Source: a phage
Sequence record: PX021331.1
Length of the DNA stretch: 62,144 nt
Direction: 5' to 3' (one strand)
The translations under genes and the position numbers were made by a program. Shown piece by piece: positions 45,012-52,568 of the stretch; position 1 is the stretch's first letter; each line of letters starts with the position of its first letter. The notes beneath the pieces were generated by a model. The model was not told the origin of the DNA and made no database searches. It was given only the letters and a program-made list of their open reading frames with translations.

Positions 45012-46028
45012 TTATTCCTGCGCAGGTTTTTTCCACGGAGGCGTCTGGGACTGCGCGGCTTGCGCAATATCATCTGCCGGTTCCTGGACCTGCTGTTGCT
45101 GAGTGTTCACCTGCTGCTGGGGTTGCTCGGCGCCAGGCTGAACTTGCTGCTGTGCCCAGGTAGGTTGGCCGCCCTGCTGTTGTTCCGGCTGTTGCTGCTG
45201 TACCGGCTGCTGTTGCGGTTGCTCCTGCTGGGGTTGCTGCTGTACAGGCTGCTCCTGTTGCACCGGCTGCTGGGCCGTTTGCTGCGGCTGCTGTACCGGC
45301 TGTTCCTGCGCTGGCTGCTGGGTGTTACCGTTCTGACCCCACGGCTGAGTCTGCGCAGCCTGAGTGAAGTTCACGTTACCCTGCTGTTGAGGCTGCTGAA
45401 CGGGCTGCTGTTGCTGTACCGGCTGTTGAGCTGGCTGCTGGGTCTGCTGCGGAGCTGCCCAGCCAGGCTGAGAACTCTGCGCCGGTTGCTGCTGCGGCTG
45501 CTGGGTGAAACCCTGCTGCGGCTGCTGGACCGGTTGCTGGCCGCCGAATGCGCTGCCCGGTGCTGCCGGACCTTTGTTGATGTCCGCTTTGGTTGCGTAC
45601 ACAACGTTCGCCATATCGGAGATCGGTTTGTACTGGACCGGCTCGTTGTTGTCGTTGTAGCCTTCCTGCTTACGGATTTTGATTTTCAGGTTCAGCGGGA
45701 TTGCGTGAAGTTCCTGAGTATCGTTCCAGATCGGCTTACCAACTGCGCGAGACAGTTCCGCCAGCTCTTCCATCGCGATTTGCACCGCTACCGGATTGGA
45801 GTTCTGCACGTTGTAACCGCCGAAGATTACACGCCCAGCGAAGTCACCGGACAGCACTTTAAACTGAAGGTTCAGTCGTGCGCCGCCAGGGGTTTTGGTA
45901 GGCTTCACTTCAGAGTTAACAATCTGCACCGGATACCAGCCAGCGGGCAGTGCGTCGATCTGGCGTTCGTTGTGATCACCAGCGTTGAAGGAGAAGCCCA
46001 GTCCAGCCATTGCGAGAAGCATAGTCAT
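45012..46028 (-). CDS. ssDNA-binding-like protein with Gln/Pro-rich tail (speculative function)
   Basis: 338 aa; ~150-aa N-terminal domain, then ~180 aa of QQPxQQ-type repeats with acidic end. Confidence 0.5.
   Translation of the reverse strand: MTMLLAMAGLGFSFNAGDHNERQIDALPAGWYPVQIVNSEVKPTKTPGGARLNLQFKVLSGDFAGRVIFGGYNVQNSNPVAVQIAMEELAELSRAVGKPIWNDTQELHAIPLNLKIKIRKQEGYNDNNEPVQYKPISDMANVVYATKADINKGPAAPGSAFGGQQPVQQPQQGFTQQPQQQPAQSSQPGWAAPQQTQQPAQQPVQQQQPVQQPQQQGNVNFTQAAQTQPWGQNGNTQQPAQEQPVQQPQQTAQQPVQQEQPVQQQPQQEQPQQQPVQQQQPEQQQGGQPTWAQQQVQPGAEQPQQQVNTQQQQVQEPADDIAQAAQSQTPPWKKPAQE
45038..45578 (-). repeat. low-complexity Gln/Pro codon repeat tract inside the SSB-like gene
   Basis: Plus strand shows CTGCTG/TTGCTG-rich imperfect tandem repeats over ~540 nt. 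Confidence 0.5.
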
Positions 46029-46759
46029 TATGCGATACCTTTAATCTTATTGATAATCATACCCAAATGCGGATATTCCATTTGTGCCAGCATACCAGAA
46101 CGATCTTTAGCGACGTTCTGCAGATCTGGCTGTGTCAGCAGGTAGCGGAAATCCTGCTGGGTGTTCTGGTCTTTACCGATACTTAATTTAAATACTTCAT
46201 CAAAGAAGTACGGTAATTCCGGACCGAGCTTCGCACCAGGCATGGACGGACCATACGCTGTAATGCCTGTCAGCTCATCTTTATTACGCGACATCTTTGC
46301 AGACATGTAAACGTTGAAGCCTGCGATATCACGGAATGCACGTACCAGCGTCTGCATCTTTTCGATCAGCTCGCCGTAAGCCTGGCGCGGGTCTTTAACC
46401 GAGCGTTTGGCGTTGTTCAGGCACTGCTCTGCAATCTCGGTCAAGGAGTCCAGCGCGATAGAATCGAACTGCTCTTTGATGCCGTTTGCAGGGTTAGTAA
46501 TGTACAGGAACGCCTGCTCAACATCCTGGATCGTGCTGACCTTAATGGTCGGGATGTCGTAGCAGATATTTGCCTGATCCACACCGTACACGCGCTCAAT
46601 GTTTGCGCGGGTAAGTGACAGCAGACCAGATTCAGCAGAGATCAACAACGGGCGCGGTAACGTTGCAGCGAGCATCGTTTTACCGTAACCCGCTTCACCA
46701 AAGACCAGGAGCTTAACACCTGTGTCCAGTACCGCTTGTGACGTAGTAGTGAATTCCAT
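46028..46759 (-). CDS. RecA-fold ATPase (Sak4-like recombination ATPase)
   Basis: 243 aa from internal ATG with AGAGG upstream; Walker A LLVFGEAGYGKT near N-terminus. Confidence 0.65.
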   Translation of the reverse strand: MEFTTTSQAVLDTGVKLLVFGEAGYGKTMLAATLPRPLLISAESGLLSLTRANIERVYGVDQANICYDIPTIKVSTIQDVEQAFLYITNPANGIKEQFDSIALDSLTEIAEQCLNNAKRSVKDPRQAYGELIEKMQTLVRAFRDIAGFNVYMSAKMSRNKDELTGITAYGPSMPGAKLGPELPYFFDEVFKLSIGKDQNTQQDFRYLLTQPDLQNVAKDRSGMLAQMEYPHLGMIINKIKGIA

Positions 46760-46824
46760 TTGGAACCTCTTAAGTGGTGAGGGGTGCATATTACCCCTCG
46801 GGGTTAACGGATGTAAACGGTCAA

Positions 46825-47772
46825 CTAGCTCATATCCACTGGATCACGGAAAGACTGGTGCGTAGGGATCCGCAGCTTGTCTTTCATACCGTGGAGGAAG
46901 AACTTAAACTTAGAAATCCGTCCCAGGAACTTATCCGGGTTCTGGAAGTAGTAAAGTCGTTCCTCATGGGTAAGTTTACCCGCGCCAACCGTCATTTCAT
47001 CACCGACCTTCAACTTAATGTGGTCAGGTAGATTTTCGGGTACGGTCAGAAGTGTGACCACATATGACCCGATCATTCCGTTCGGCACCATGTTGTCCTG
47101 ATGCGTACTGCGGAACGTTTGTCCCAGCTCGTTGATCTGAGCTTCGTTCTGGTTGGACATACCTTCATTAATGCGGACAATAACACCTTCCCCATCAGTG
47201 AAGCGTTTGATGCGACCGTACCCGCCTTCGCGCGAAGTGGCGCGTCCGCGTTTGCACGGCTTGCCGGGTTTGCGGGTAATGACACCCTCGTAACCCATTT
47301 CAATCCAGATTGCTTCCTGCTCCAGCAGCTCGTTCATGTTGTTAACGAGTACCATTGGCACAACCTTCAGATCCATTAAGCGACCTTCCAATTGTTCCTG
47401 TTCTACGTACTCGCTTAACATAGCATGACGTTTTTCGTATGGCAAGTGTTGAACACTGTCCGCGCACAAATCAAAAACGTGCCACGTCCAGAAGAACTCG
47501 CCTTCGATAGTGCTACTCGCAGAGCTGGTCTTACGACACAGATCCGGATCACACTCATCACCAGCAGCAAGCTCACCATCAAAACCCTCATAACAAGGTT
47601 TAGAGAATAAGCGTGTCAGGTGTTTGTTCGCAAACGGTTTCAAGCTACGACCCGTCAGCGTACCGTCATAGTTAAGACCGCGCACACCGTCAATCTTAGG
47701 CAGTGCGTACAGTGGGAACGAATCAGGCCGCTCCTCAAAGTCACACGCCAGGAAAGGTTTAAACTTACTCAT
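46825..47772 (-). CDS. ATP-dependent DNA ligase
   Basis: 315 aa from internal ATG with GAGGAA upstream; adenylation motif I KIDGVRG. Confidence 0.8.
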   Translation of the reverse strand: MSKFKPFLACDFEERPDSFPLYALPKIDGVRGLNYDGTLTGRSLKPFANKHLTRLFSKPCYEGFDGELAAGDECDPDLCRKTSSASSTIEGEFFWTWHVFDLCADSVQHLPYEKRHAMLSEYVEQEQLEGRLMDLKVVPMVLVNNMNELLEQEAIWIEMGYEGVITRKPGKPCKRGRATSREGGYGRIKRFTDGEGVIVRINEGMSNQNEAQINELGQTFRSTHQDNMVPNGMIGSYVVTLLTVPENLPDHIKLKVGDEMTVGAGKLTHEERLYYFQNPDKFLGRISKFKFFLHGMKDKLRIPTHQSFRDPVDMS

Positions 47773-48383
47773 TAACTGTTCCTCAGACGAATAGAGGTTG
47801 TGTCCACCAGTAGCTGACGAAACTTGCGTTTCCAATACTCTACGCTGTTTTCGTCGTTCACCTTTGCGACTGGTGTGACCTTCTTTGCACTCGCAGGCTT
47901 AGAGTCTTGTATCTGTTTCTTTAAACCTGCGCAGTGGATCTTCTGACGCTCCATCCGCATGTACTTGCCCGCAGTTTCATCACATCTGTTTTGGGCTTTG
48001 GTGCGGTTCTGGTCACAGCGATTATTGTGCCCTTTAATATGCTTGAACTGCAATGTGAGGTCGTTTGCTTTAGCAATACGCTCCATCCAGTCCAGCGCTT
48101 CTTTCTCTGCGCGGCGTGCGGGACGCTTGCGCGTAAACATATCGATTGCTGGCATACAATCCATTTGAAGCAGAATACGGTCACCCCGCATTACGTAGCC
48201 GTTTGTGATAGCATGGTGCAATCCGTTGCACGCGGCTTTAGCTTCCGCTTCACCGCTATCCTTTGTGCCAGTTAACGGCCCGCCGAATGTACCCCTGCCG
48301 CGGTTCGACGCAACCCACACGCCATATCCGCCAGCAAGGGTATTCGGGCAGAATGACGCATCAGTAATGATGGTCACTAACAT
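47772..48383 (-). CDS. ribonuclease H
   Basis: 203 aa; IITDASF...GGYGV and later KGHNNRCD resemble RNase HI motifs (TDGS...GGxG, KGH...CD). Confidence 0.7.
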   Translation of the reverse strand: MLVTIITDASFCPNTLAGGYGVWVASNRGRGTFGGPLTGTKDSGEAEAKAACNGLHHAITNGYVMRGDRILLQMDCMPAIDMFTRKRPARRAEKEALDWMERIAKANDLTLQFKHIKGHNNRCDQNRTKAQNRCDETAGKYMRMERQKIHCAGLKKQIQDSKPASAKKVTPVAKVNDENSVEYWKRKFRQLLVDTTSIRLRNS

Positions 48384-48386
48384 CTG

Positions 48387-48812
48387 TTAACCCTTAATCT
48401 TAATAGAAACCTGAGGCGAACCCCATTTGGACGTGACACATTCGTCCATCACGTTGCGCTGCTCTTCGGTCAACTTCTTATAGTTGCCTACGCGGAGTTC
48501 AACTTTGGTCTCAACAACCTCGTTGACGTCAACACCTTTCTCCATCAGCTCCTGCACGATGTTAGAGAAGATCGCCTTGTCAACTTTGCGGTCAATACCG
48601 CAAACGATTTTCAGCTCATCGCCGGTAGGAAGTTTGACGGTGTTAGTCCCTTCCTTCTTCTGGTCTTCCGGCAGGTAAATACTGACCACAGTATCACGCA
48701 GAGCACGCTCTTGCGCCTGTACGGTCTGGAGCTCTTGCTTTTTGTTATACCAGTTGAACAGCAGCTCCAGCTTGGCTTCCGGAGTCATTTCGGTCTTTGG
48801 TAACTGAACCAT
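48387..48812 (-). CDS. hypothetical protein
   Basis: 141-aa ORF with good spacing from neighbours. Confidence 0.6.
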   Translation of the reverse strand: MVQLPKTEMTPEAKLELLFNWYNKKQELQTVQAQERALRDTVVSIYLPEDQKKEGTNTVKLPTGDELKIVCGIDRKVDKAIFSNIVQELMEKGVDVNEVVETKVELRVGNYKKLTEEQRNVMDECVTSKWGSPQVSIKIKG

Positions 48813-48893
48813 GATGCACCTCGTGCGGTTGTGGGTAGTTGTTAGAGGGTACTTTATAGTGAACTAACTCACTTGTAAATACCCTCTACCGGA

Positions 48894-49481
48894 TTAAAAC
48901 TTCTTACCGCCTTCCAGCTTGCGGTTCTCTAACTTGTGGTCAGCACGGTTGGCGTTATATGCACGTTTATCACCAATGGCAGCAGGAATATCCCAGCCCC
49001 AATTCTCAGCGTGATAAATCATGTCCATAACGATCGCCAGCTCGAATGCAGCAACAGGCAGAGTTGTTTCAATAGCGGCGTCAAGCTGCATGATTTGGTC
49101 TTTGCGAACACCTTCCAGCGCGAAGCCAATGTGAGCGTGAAGGTCTGCGTAATACTTATAGAAGTTTACGTTTTCGTAAGACAGTGGAACCACTTCCGCA
49201 GCGTCCAGGCTGTATACAGCTTGCAGCGCTTTCTCAATGTTCCACCCTTTGTGACCAAAGAAGTCGTAGATGCGAATTGCAGCATCCGCCAGCTCAACGA
49301 CTGCGTTTTGGTACTGTGGCAGGTGATGATCAGGAATGTCCTGCTCAAACCCCACATAGGACTCAACTACTTCTGAATGGATCAGAGCAATGGTAGTCCC
49401 GTCTGGGCGGCCATCCGCCCACCAGCCAGCCTTGACGTTATGGTCGTAGATAGCTTTTACCAGTTCATTAGTGATGTTCAT
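48894..49481 (-). CDS. MazG-like nucleoside triphosphate pyrophosphohydrolase (putative)
   Basis: 195 aa; all-alpha NTP-PPase-like acidic motifs ALIHSEVVESYVGF and AVVELADAAIRIYDFF. Confidence 0.5.
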   Translation of the reverse strand: MNITNELVKAIYDHNVKAGWWADGRPDGTTIALIHSEVVESYVGFEQDIPDHHLPQYQNAVVELADAAIRIYDFFGHKGWNIEKALQAVYSLDAAEVVPLSYENVNFYKYYADLHAHIGFALEGVRKDQIMQLDAAIETTLPVAAFELAIVMDMIYHAENWGWDIPAAIGDKRAYNANRADHKLENRKLEGGKKF

Positions 49482-49942
49482 GTTGCGCTTCCGTTACGTT
49501 TGATATATTCAAGGGCGTGCGCTTTAAAGATTACACGGAAATCATCCAGTGAGATCTCGCAGCGCGGGGGATCATCTGCGTGATGGTGCTTCTCATCAGC
49601 AAACAGTATGATAGGATTCATAAACAGAATGACTTTCCACTTCTGTTTATTCTGACGATAGATAAGTACGGGAAACTTATTAACTTCGAGCGCACTTACT
49701 AAACACTGGCGCCACCATGTGTTTATTGAGAGCGCTTCTTGTCTCTTAACTTCGACAGCATAGAAACAAGTATTGGAAATATCACAACCGCCAACAGCCG
49801 ACTGGTTCTGATTTCGTTGGGCGATAGGCTTAGGTGGGAGCGGCATGTGTAGCGCTGCATATACTTCTGCATAGATGCTATTAAAGAAGTCACAAATTTC
49901 TCTTTCACCAGTTTGCCCCTTAGTTCTTACGTTGATTGCCAT
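49478..49942 (-). CDS. PD-(D/E)xK-like endonuclease (possible resolvase)
   Basis: 154 aa; GGCDIS...YAVEVKRQ fits a D...E-x-K pattern. Confidence 0.45.
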   Translation of the reverse strand: MAINVRTKGQTGEREICDFFNSIYAEVYAALHMPLPPKPIAQRNQNQSAVGGCDISNTCFYAVEVKRQEALSINTWWRQCLVSALEVNKFPVLIYRQNKQKWKVILFMNPIILFADEKHHHADDPPRCEISLDDFRVIFKAHALEYIKRNGSAT

Positions 49943-49953
49943 GTCTGACTCCA

Positions 49954-49983
49954 GTTAAAAAAATGGGGCGCATCAAGCGCCCC
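49954..49983 (-). terminator. rho-independent terminator (stem GGGGCGC/GCGCCCC)
   Basis: Hairpin followed on the minus strand by TTTTTTTAACT, between genes ending at 50049 and starting at 49942. Confidence 0.6.
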
Positions 49984-50048
49984 GAAATACGTCACAGCAA
50001 TTAAAATTCCGATGGTTGCAGTTGACGGCGCCCACTTTCGAAAAGGGG

Positions 50049-50399
50049 TTAACTACTCGTGCCACCGTCCCCCTGCAAAGTAAATTTTAATTGCTTCTGC
50101 ACTCGATTGTAAACTATGAGATCCAGATAATACACATTATCAGGCATATCCTTTGCAACTTCGAATGGCTCGCCAAGGATAGTCTCTTTGCAGTCTTCAG
50201 TGACTGACGCAACGTCGTAATAGTTGGTAACGCAACTAATTATCTCGGAGCGAGTCCGCGGACTGACAGTTATACGAACGACCAGATCGTTGGGACTGAT
50301 AGCATGGTCTGTCAGATACTGGATCTTCTGACGGTAGACCGTGTCCTTGACCTGCTCTAGCGCGTTCATCGGGCTATCTCCCAATGTCCGAAGCCCCAT
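50049..50399 (-). CDS. hypothetical protein
   Basis: 116-aa ORF. Confidence 0.55.
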   Translation of the reverse strand: MGLRTLGDSPMNALEQVKDTVYRQKIQYLTDHAISPNDLVVRITVSPRTRSEIISCVTNYYDVASVTEDCKETILGEPFEVAKDMPDNVYYLDLIVYNRVQKQLKFTLQGDGGTSS

Positions 50400-50656
50400 G
50401 CGGTAGACGGGATCACACGCTCCGCACCGTTGTTATCGCGCACTACTGCCAGCGCTACGCCGCCGCGTACAGGGTGCGCCATGCGCTCAATACGGTAGCG
50501 CTGCATATAGGAAAAGTCGCTAGCGTTCGCGTTGGTGCAACGTAACACCTGGCCTGGAAACACCAGCGGGCAAGGCATCTTCACAGCGTCAACAACTGCC
50601 TTTTCCTTCTTGGTGTGGGGACGGACTACAACTGCGCTAATGATGGACATAATCAT
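50366..50656 (-). CDS. hypothetical protein
   Basis: 96-aa ORF; start ATGA-overlaps the stop of the small HTH ORF. Confidence 0.5.
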   Translation of the reverse strand: MIMSIISAVVVRPHTKKEKAVVDAVKMPCPLVFPGQVLRCTNANASDFSYMQRYRIERMAHPVRGGVALAVVRDNNGAERVIPSTAWGFGHWEIAR

Positions 50657-50826
50657 TCCTCTTTCAGTGAGTTGAGGCGTTCGCCACGCTCTACAGCGGA
50701 CTTCACCTGATGGGGTTGATAGTTCAGGGTGGACGCGATTTCGTTGGTCGTGTAACCCTCTAAGCGCATTTTATACGCAGTGACCGCACGATTGCGAGCG
50801 TGAATTACTTGACGTTTAGTTGCCAC
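50653..50826 (-). CDS. small HTH protein (sigma-70 region 4 / LuxR-type), GTG start, not in ORF track
   Basis: 57 aa: VATKRQVIHARNRAVTAYKMRLEGYTTNEIASTLNYQPHQVKSAVERGERLNSLKEE; GAGG ~10 nt upstream of GTG. Confidence 0.3.
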   Translation of the reverse strand: MATKRQVIHARNRAVTAYKMRLEGYTTNEIASTLNYQPHQVKSAVERGERLNSLKEE

Positions 50827-51215
50827 GGGCAGAACCTCACAGGTTGTGGTAAAGCGAGTTCGGTCTTAGTACCGTACAGATGAGAGTGCATTTCACGCAA
50901 CATGTTCACCTGATCGAGGGTAAGATCATTCCGTTGCATCAATTCAGCCATCAGGTGGCAAATAGATGTCTTAAGGTACTCATCCGAATGGGATGGACCG
51001 AATTGATAGAGCCTTACAGAACCGACGCGCATATGTGCCGGCATTTTGTTATTCCAGATCATCTTGACCACATTAAACAGGTGGCCAGTCCGCATCTCGC
51101 TTGGACGTAAATGATCACCGCCATTGACTGCGGCCATCTTCCAACGGTAGTTCGGATCAACCTGAACTCCCATCTGCTTTGCCAGTTGGCAAGCTACTGT
51201 CAATTCTCTGCTCAT
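50805..51215 (-). CDS. hypothetical protein
   Basis: 136-aa ORF. Confidence 0.55.
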   Translation of the reverse strand: MSRELTVACQLAKQMGVQVDPNYRWKMAAVNGGDHLRPSEMRTGHLFNVVKMIWNNKMPAHMRVGSVRLYQFGPSHSDEYLKTSICHLMAELMQRNDLTLDQVNMLREMHSHLYGTKTELALPQPVRFCPWQLNVK

Positions 51216-51421
51216 AACTTTCTCCCAGCATATTCTTCAACGACTTTAGTAATGGCCTTGCATACATCTGAATTTAACCAGTATGCTTCAGCAAAGTCAG
51301 GGTCTACGTCTGAAGACTGGTCCGCTGCTGCGCGGTAGCCTTCAAGGAATGCTTTCTTGGACGTGTCTGCAAGCGCCAACAGACCCGCTTCATAAATCTT
51401 TTGTTCCTGTTCTTTAGACAT
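51212..51421 (-). CDS. hypothetical small protein
   Basis: 69 aa from internal ATG with GGAG upstream, just after a terminator-like hairpin. Confidence 0.5.
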   Translation of the reverse strand: MSKEQEQKIYEAGLLALADTSKKAFLEGYRAAADQSSDVDPDFAEAYWLNSDVCKAITKVVEEYAGRKL

Positions 51422-51430
51422 TTCTCGCTC

Positions 51431-51471
51431 CAAATAAAAAGGGTGTACAACTATATTAGCTGCACACCCTT
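51431..51471 (-). terminator. terminator-like hairpin (AAGGGTGT.CA / TG.ACACCCTT) with U-run on minus strand
   Basis: Imperfect 10-bp stem followed on the minus strand by TTTTATTTGGAG. Confidence 0.4.
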
Positions 51472-51490
51472 TATACTGCAACGTTGACCA

Positions 51491-51814
51491 TTAAACGTCG
51501 GACTTATACTGCCTCGCGAATACCCTAGCAGCTTCCAGAACGGGTTCACCGTGATGATCCCACATATCTAAAGGTGAGTGCCCGCAGTTATAACCAGGAT
51601 CGTGACCCTGCATGTTATCTCCACAGCAACAGACACCCGTTTCAATGTGTGCATGGTCCAGCACGTAAAGCAGGTCACACAGCTTCTCGATTGCTTCGTC
51701 AGCGCGGGCTTGCTCTACCTCTGCTTTGTGCTCCAGCACCATTGCAACGACCATAAGGCTAACAACGAACATAATTAACCCGAAGATTATCCACTCTGCT
51801 TGTGAGCCTATCAT
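51491..51814 (-). CDS. membrane-anchored Cys/His-rich protein
   Basis: 107 aa; N-terminal TM (WIIFGLIMFVVSLMVVAMVL) then HAHIETGVCCCGDNMQGHDPGYNCGHSPLDMWDHHG. Confidence 0.55.
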   Translation of the reverse strand: MIGSQAEWIIFGLIMFVVSLMVVAMVLEHKAEVEQARADEAIEKLCDLLYVLDHAHIETGVCCCGDNMQGHDPGYNCGHSPLDMWDHHGEPVLEAARVFARQYKSDV

Positions 51815-52143
51815 TTCTGCACCTTAACGCGCACATGGCGACCAATTAGTTGGGTGAAGCAACCATTGGGAATAGCTTTACAGCTCGCATTGTGCCGCAC
51901 TGTAAGGCGTGCAAGGTCGCGCTCGAATATAACGTGGCGCAGTTGCGTCGCAAGGCGCTCATAATAGCCTGCGTTGCCTACGTCGTTGTCGCTGATCGCT
52001 GTAGCGTAGGTAAGCAGGTCATTCAGATCGTGCGGACGCTTTACACTAAGGTCAATCATCGCGACGTCTGGATGTGGGAATTCGTTAGCAGGAAAAACCG
52101 CCTCATAGACGATCCGCACTGCTGCGACTGTAACACGGTTCAT
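51811..52143 (-). CDS. hypothetical protein
   Basis: 110-aa ORF with AGGAG upstream. Confidence 0.55.
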   Translation of the reverse strand: MNRVTVAAVRIVYEAVFPANEFPHPDVAMIDLSVKRPHDLNDLLTYATAISDNDVGNAGYYERLATQLRHVIFERDLARLTVRHNASCKAIPNGCFTQLIGRHVRVKVQK

Positions 52144-52180
52144 ACTGCACTCCTGGGATTAAATTTAGTTCCGAGTCCTA

Positions 52181-52208
52181 TTGCAAACGGTCCAATAGTG
52201 TTTATACT
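52181..52208 (+). promoter_or_regulatory. candidate sigma70 promoter (TTGCAA-16-TATACT) with overlapping inverted repeat CTATTG...CAATAG
   Basis: Hexamers ~35 nt upstream of the plus-strand ORF at 52243; a 6-bp inverted repeat overlaps the -35. Confidence 0.35.
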
Positions 52209-52242
52209 GTAATTATACAAACAAGGCACAGAGGATTACAAA

Positions 52243-52530
52243 ATGAACACACTGGCAATTAACATCGACAACATCAAACGCGCGATGACTAAAGACGAAC
52301 AGTATTCCGACACCGACGCCTACGGTAACTACAAGATCACCTTCGGTGCATACGGTCGTCAGATTACTGTTACTGCAACCGCACTGACACAACCTACTGT
52401 AGAGCAACTGGAAGACGGTGACTTCCCTGTACGCTACACCGCACCAATGGATCCAGACTTTAATACTACCGACTATGACGAAATGTTTGACTTCGTTGCA
52501 GACGTGTTCATGTCGTACTACCAGGATTAA
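52243..52530 (+). CDS. acidic small protein encoded opposite to the surrounding arm (moron-like)
   Basis: 95 aa; SD GAGGA; about 17 Asp/Glu versus 6 Lys/Arg; own promoter-like element and a terminator 14 nt after the stop. Confidence 0.6.
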   Translation: MNTLAINIDNIKRAMTKDEQYSDTDAYGNYKITFGAYGRQITVTATALTQPTVEQLEDGDFPVRYTAPMDPDFNTTDYDEMFDFVADVFMSYYQD

Positions 52531-52543
52531 GCCACTGCATAAC

Positions 52544-52568
52544 AAAAAGGGCCCAGCGGGCCCTTTTT
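52544..52568. terminator. bidirectional rho-independent terminator (stem GGGCCC/GGGCCC, A5 and T5 flanks)
   Basis: AAAAAGGGCCCAGCGGGCCCTTTTT between the plus-strand acidic gene and the minus-strand primase-helicase stop. Confidence 0.7.

Noticed and set aside
45060-46145. 361-aa plus-strand Leu/Arg-rich ORF opposite the SSB-like gene
   Set aside because: Artefact of the CTG-rich repeat read on the other strand; no start context.
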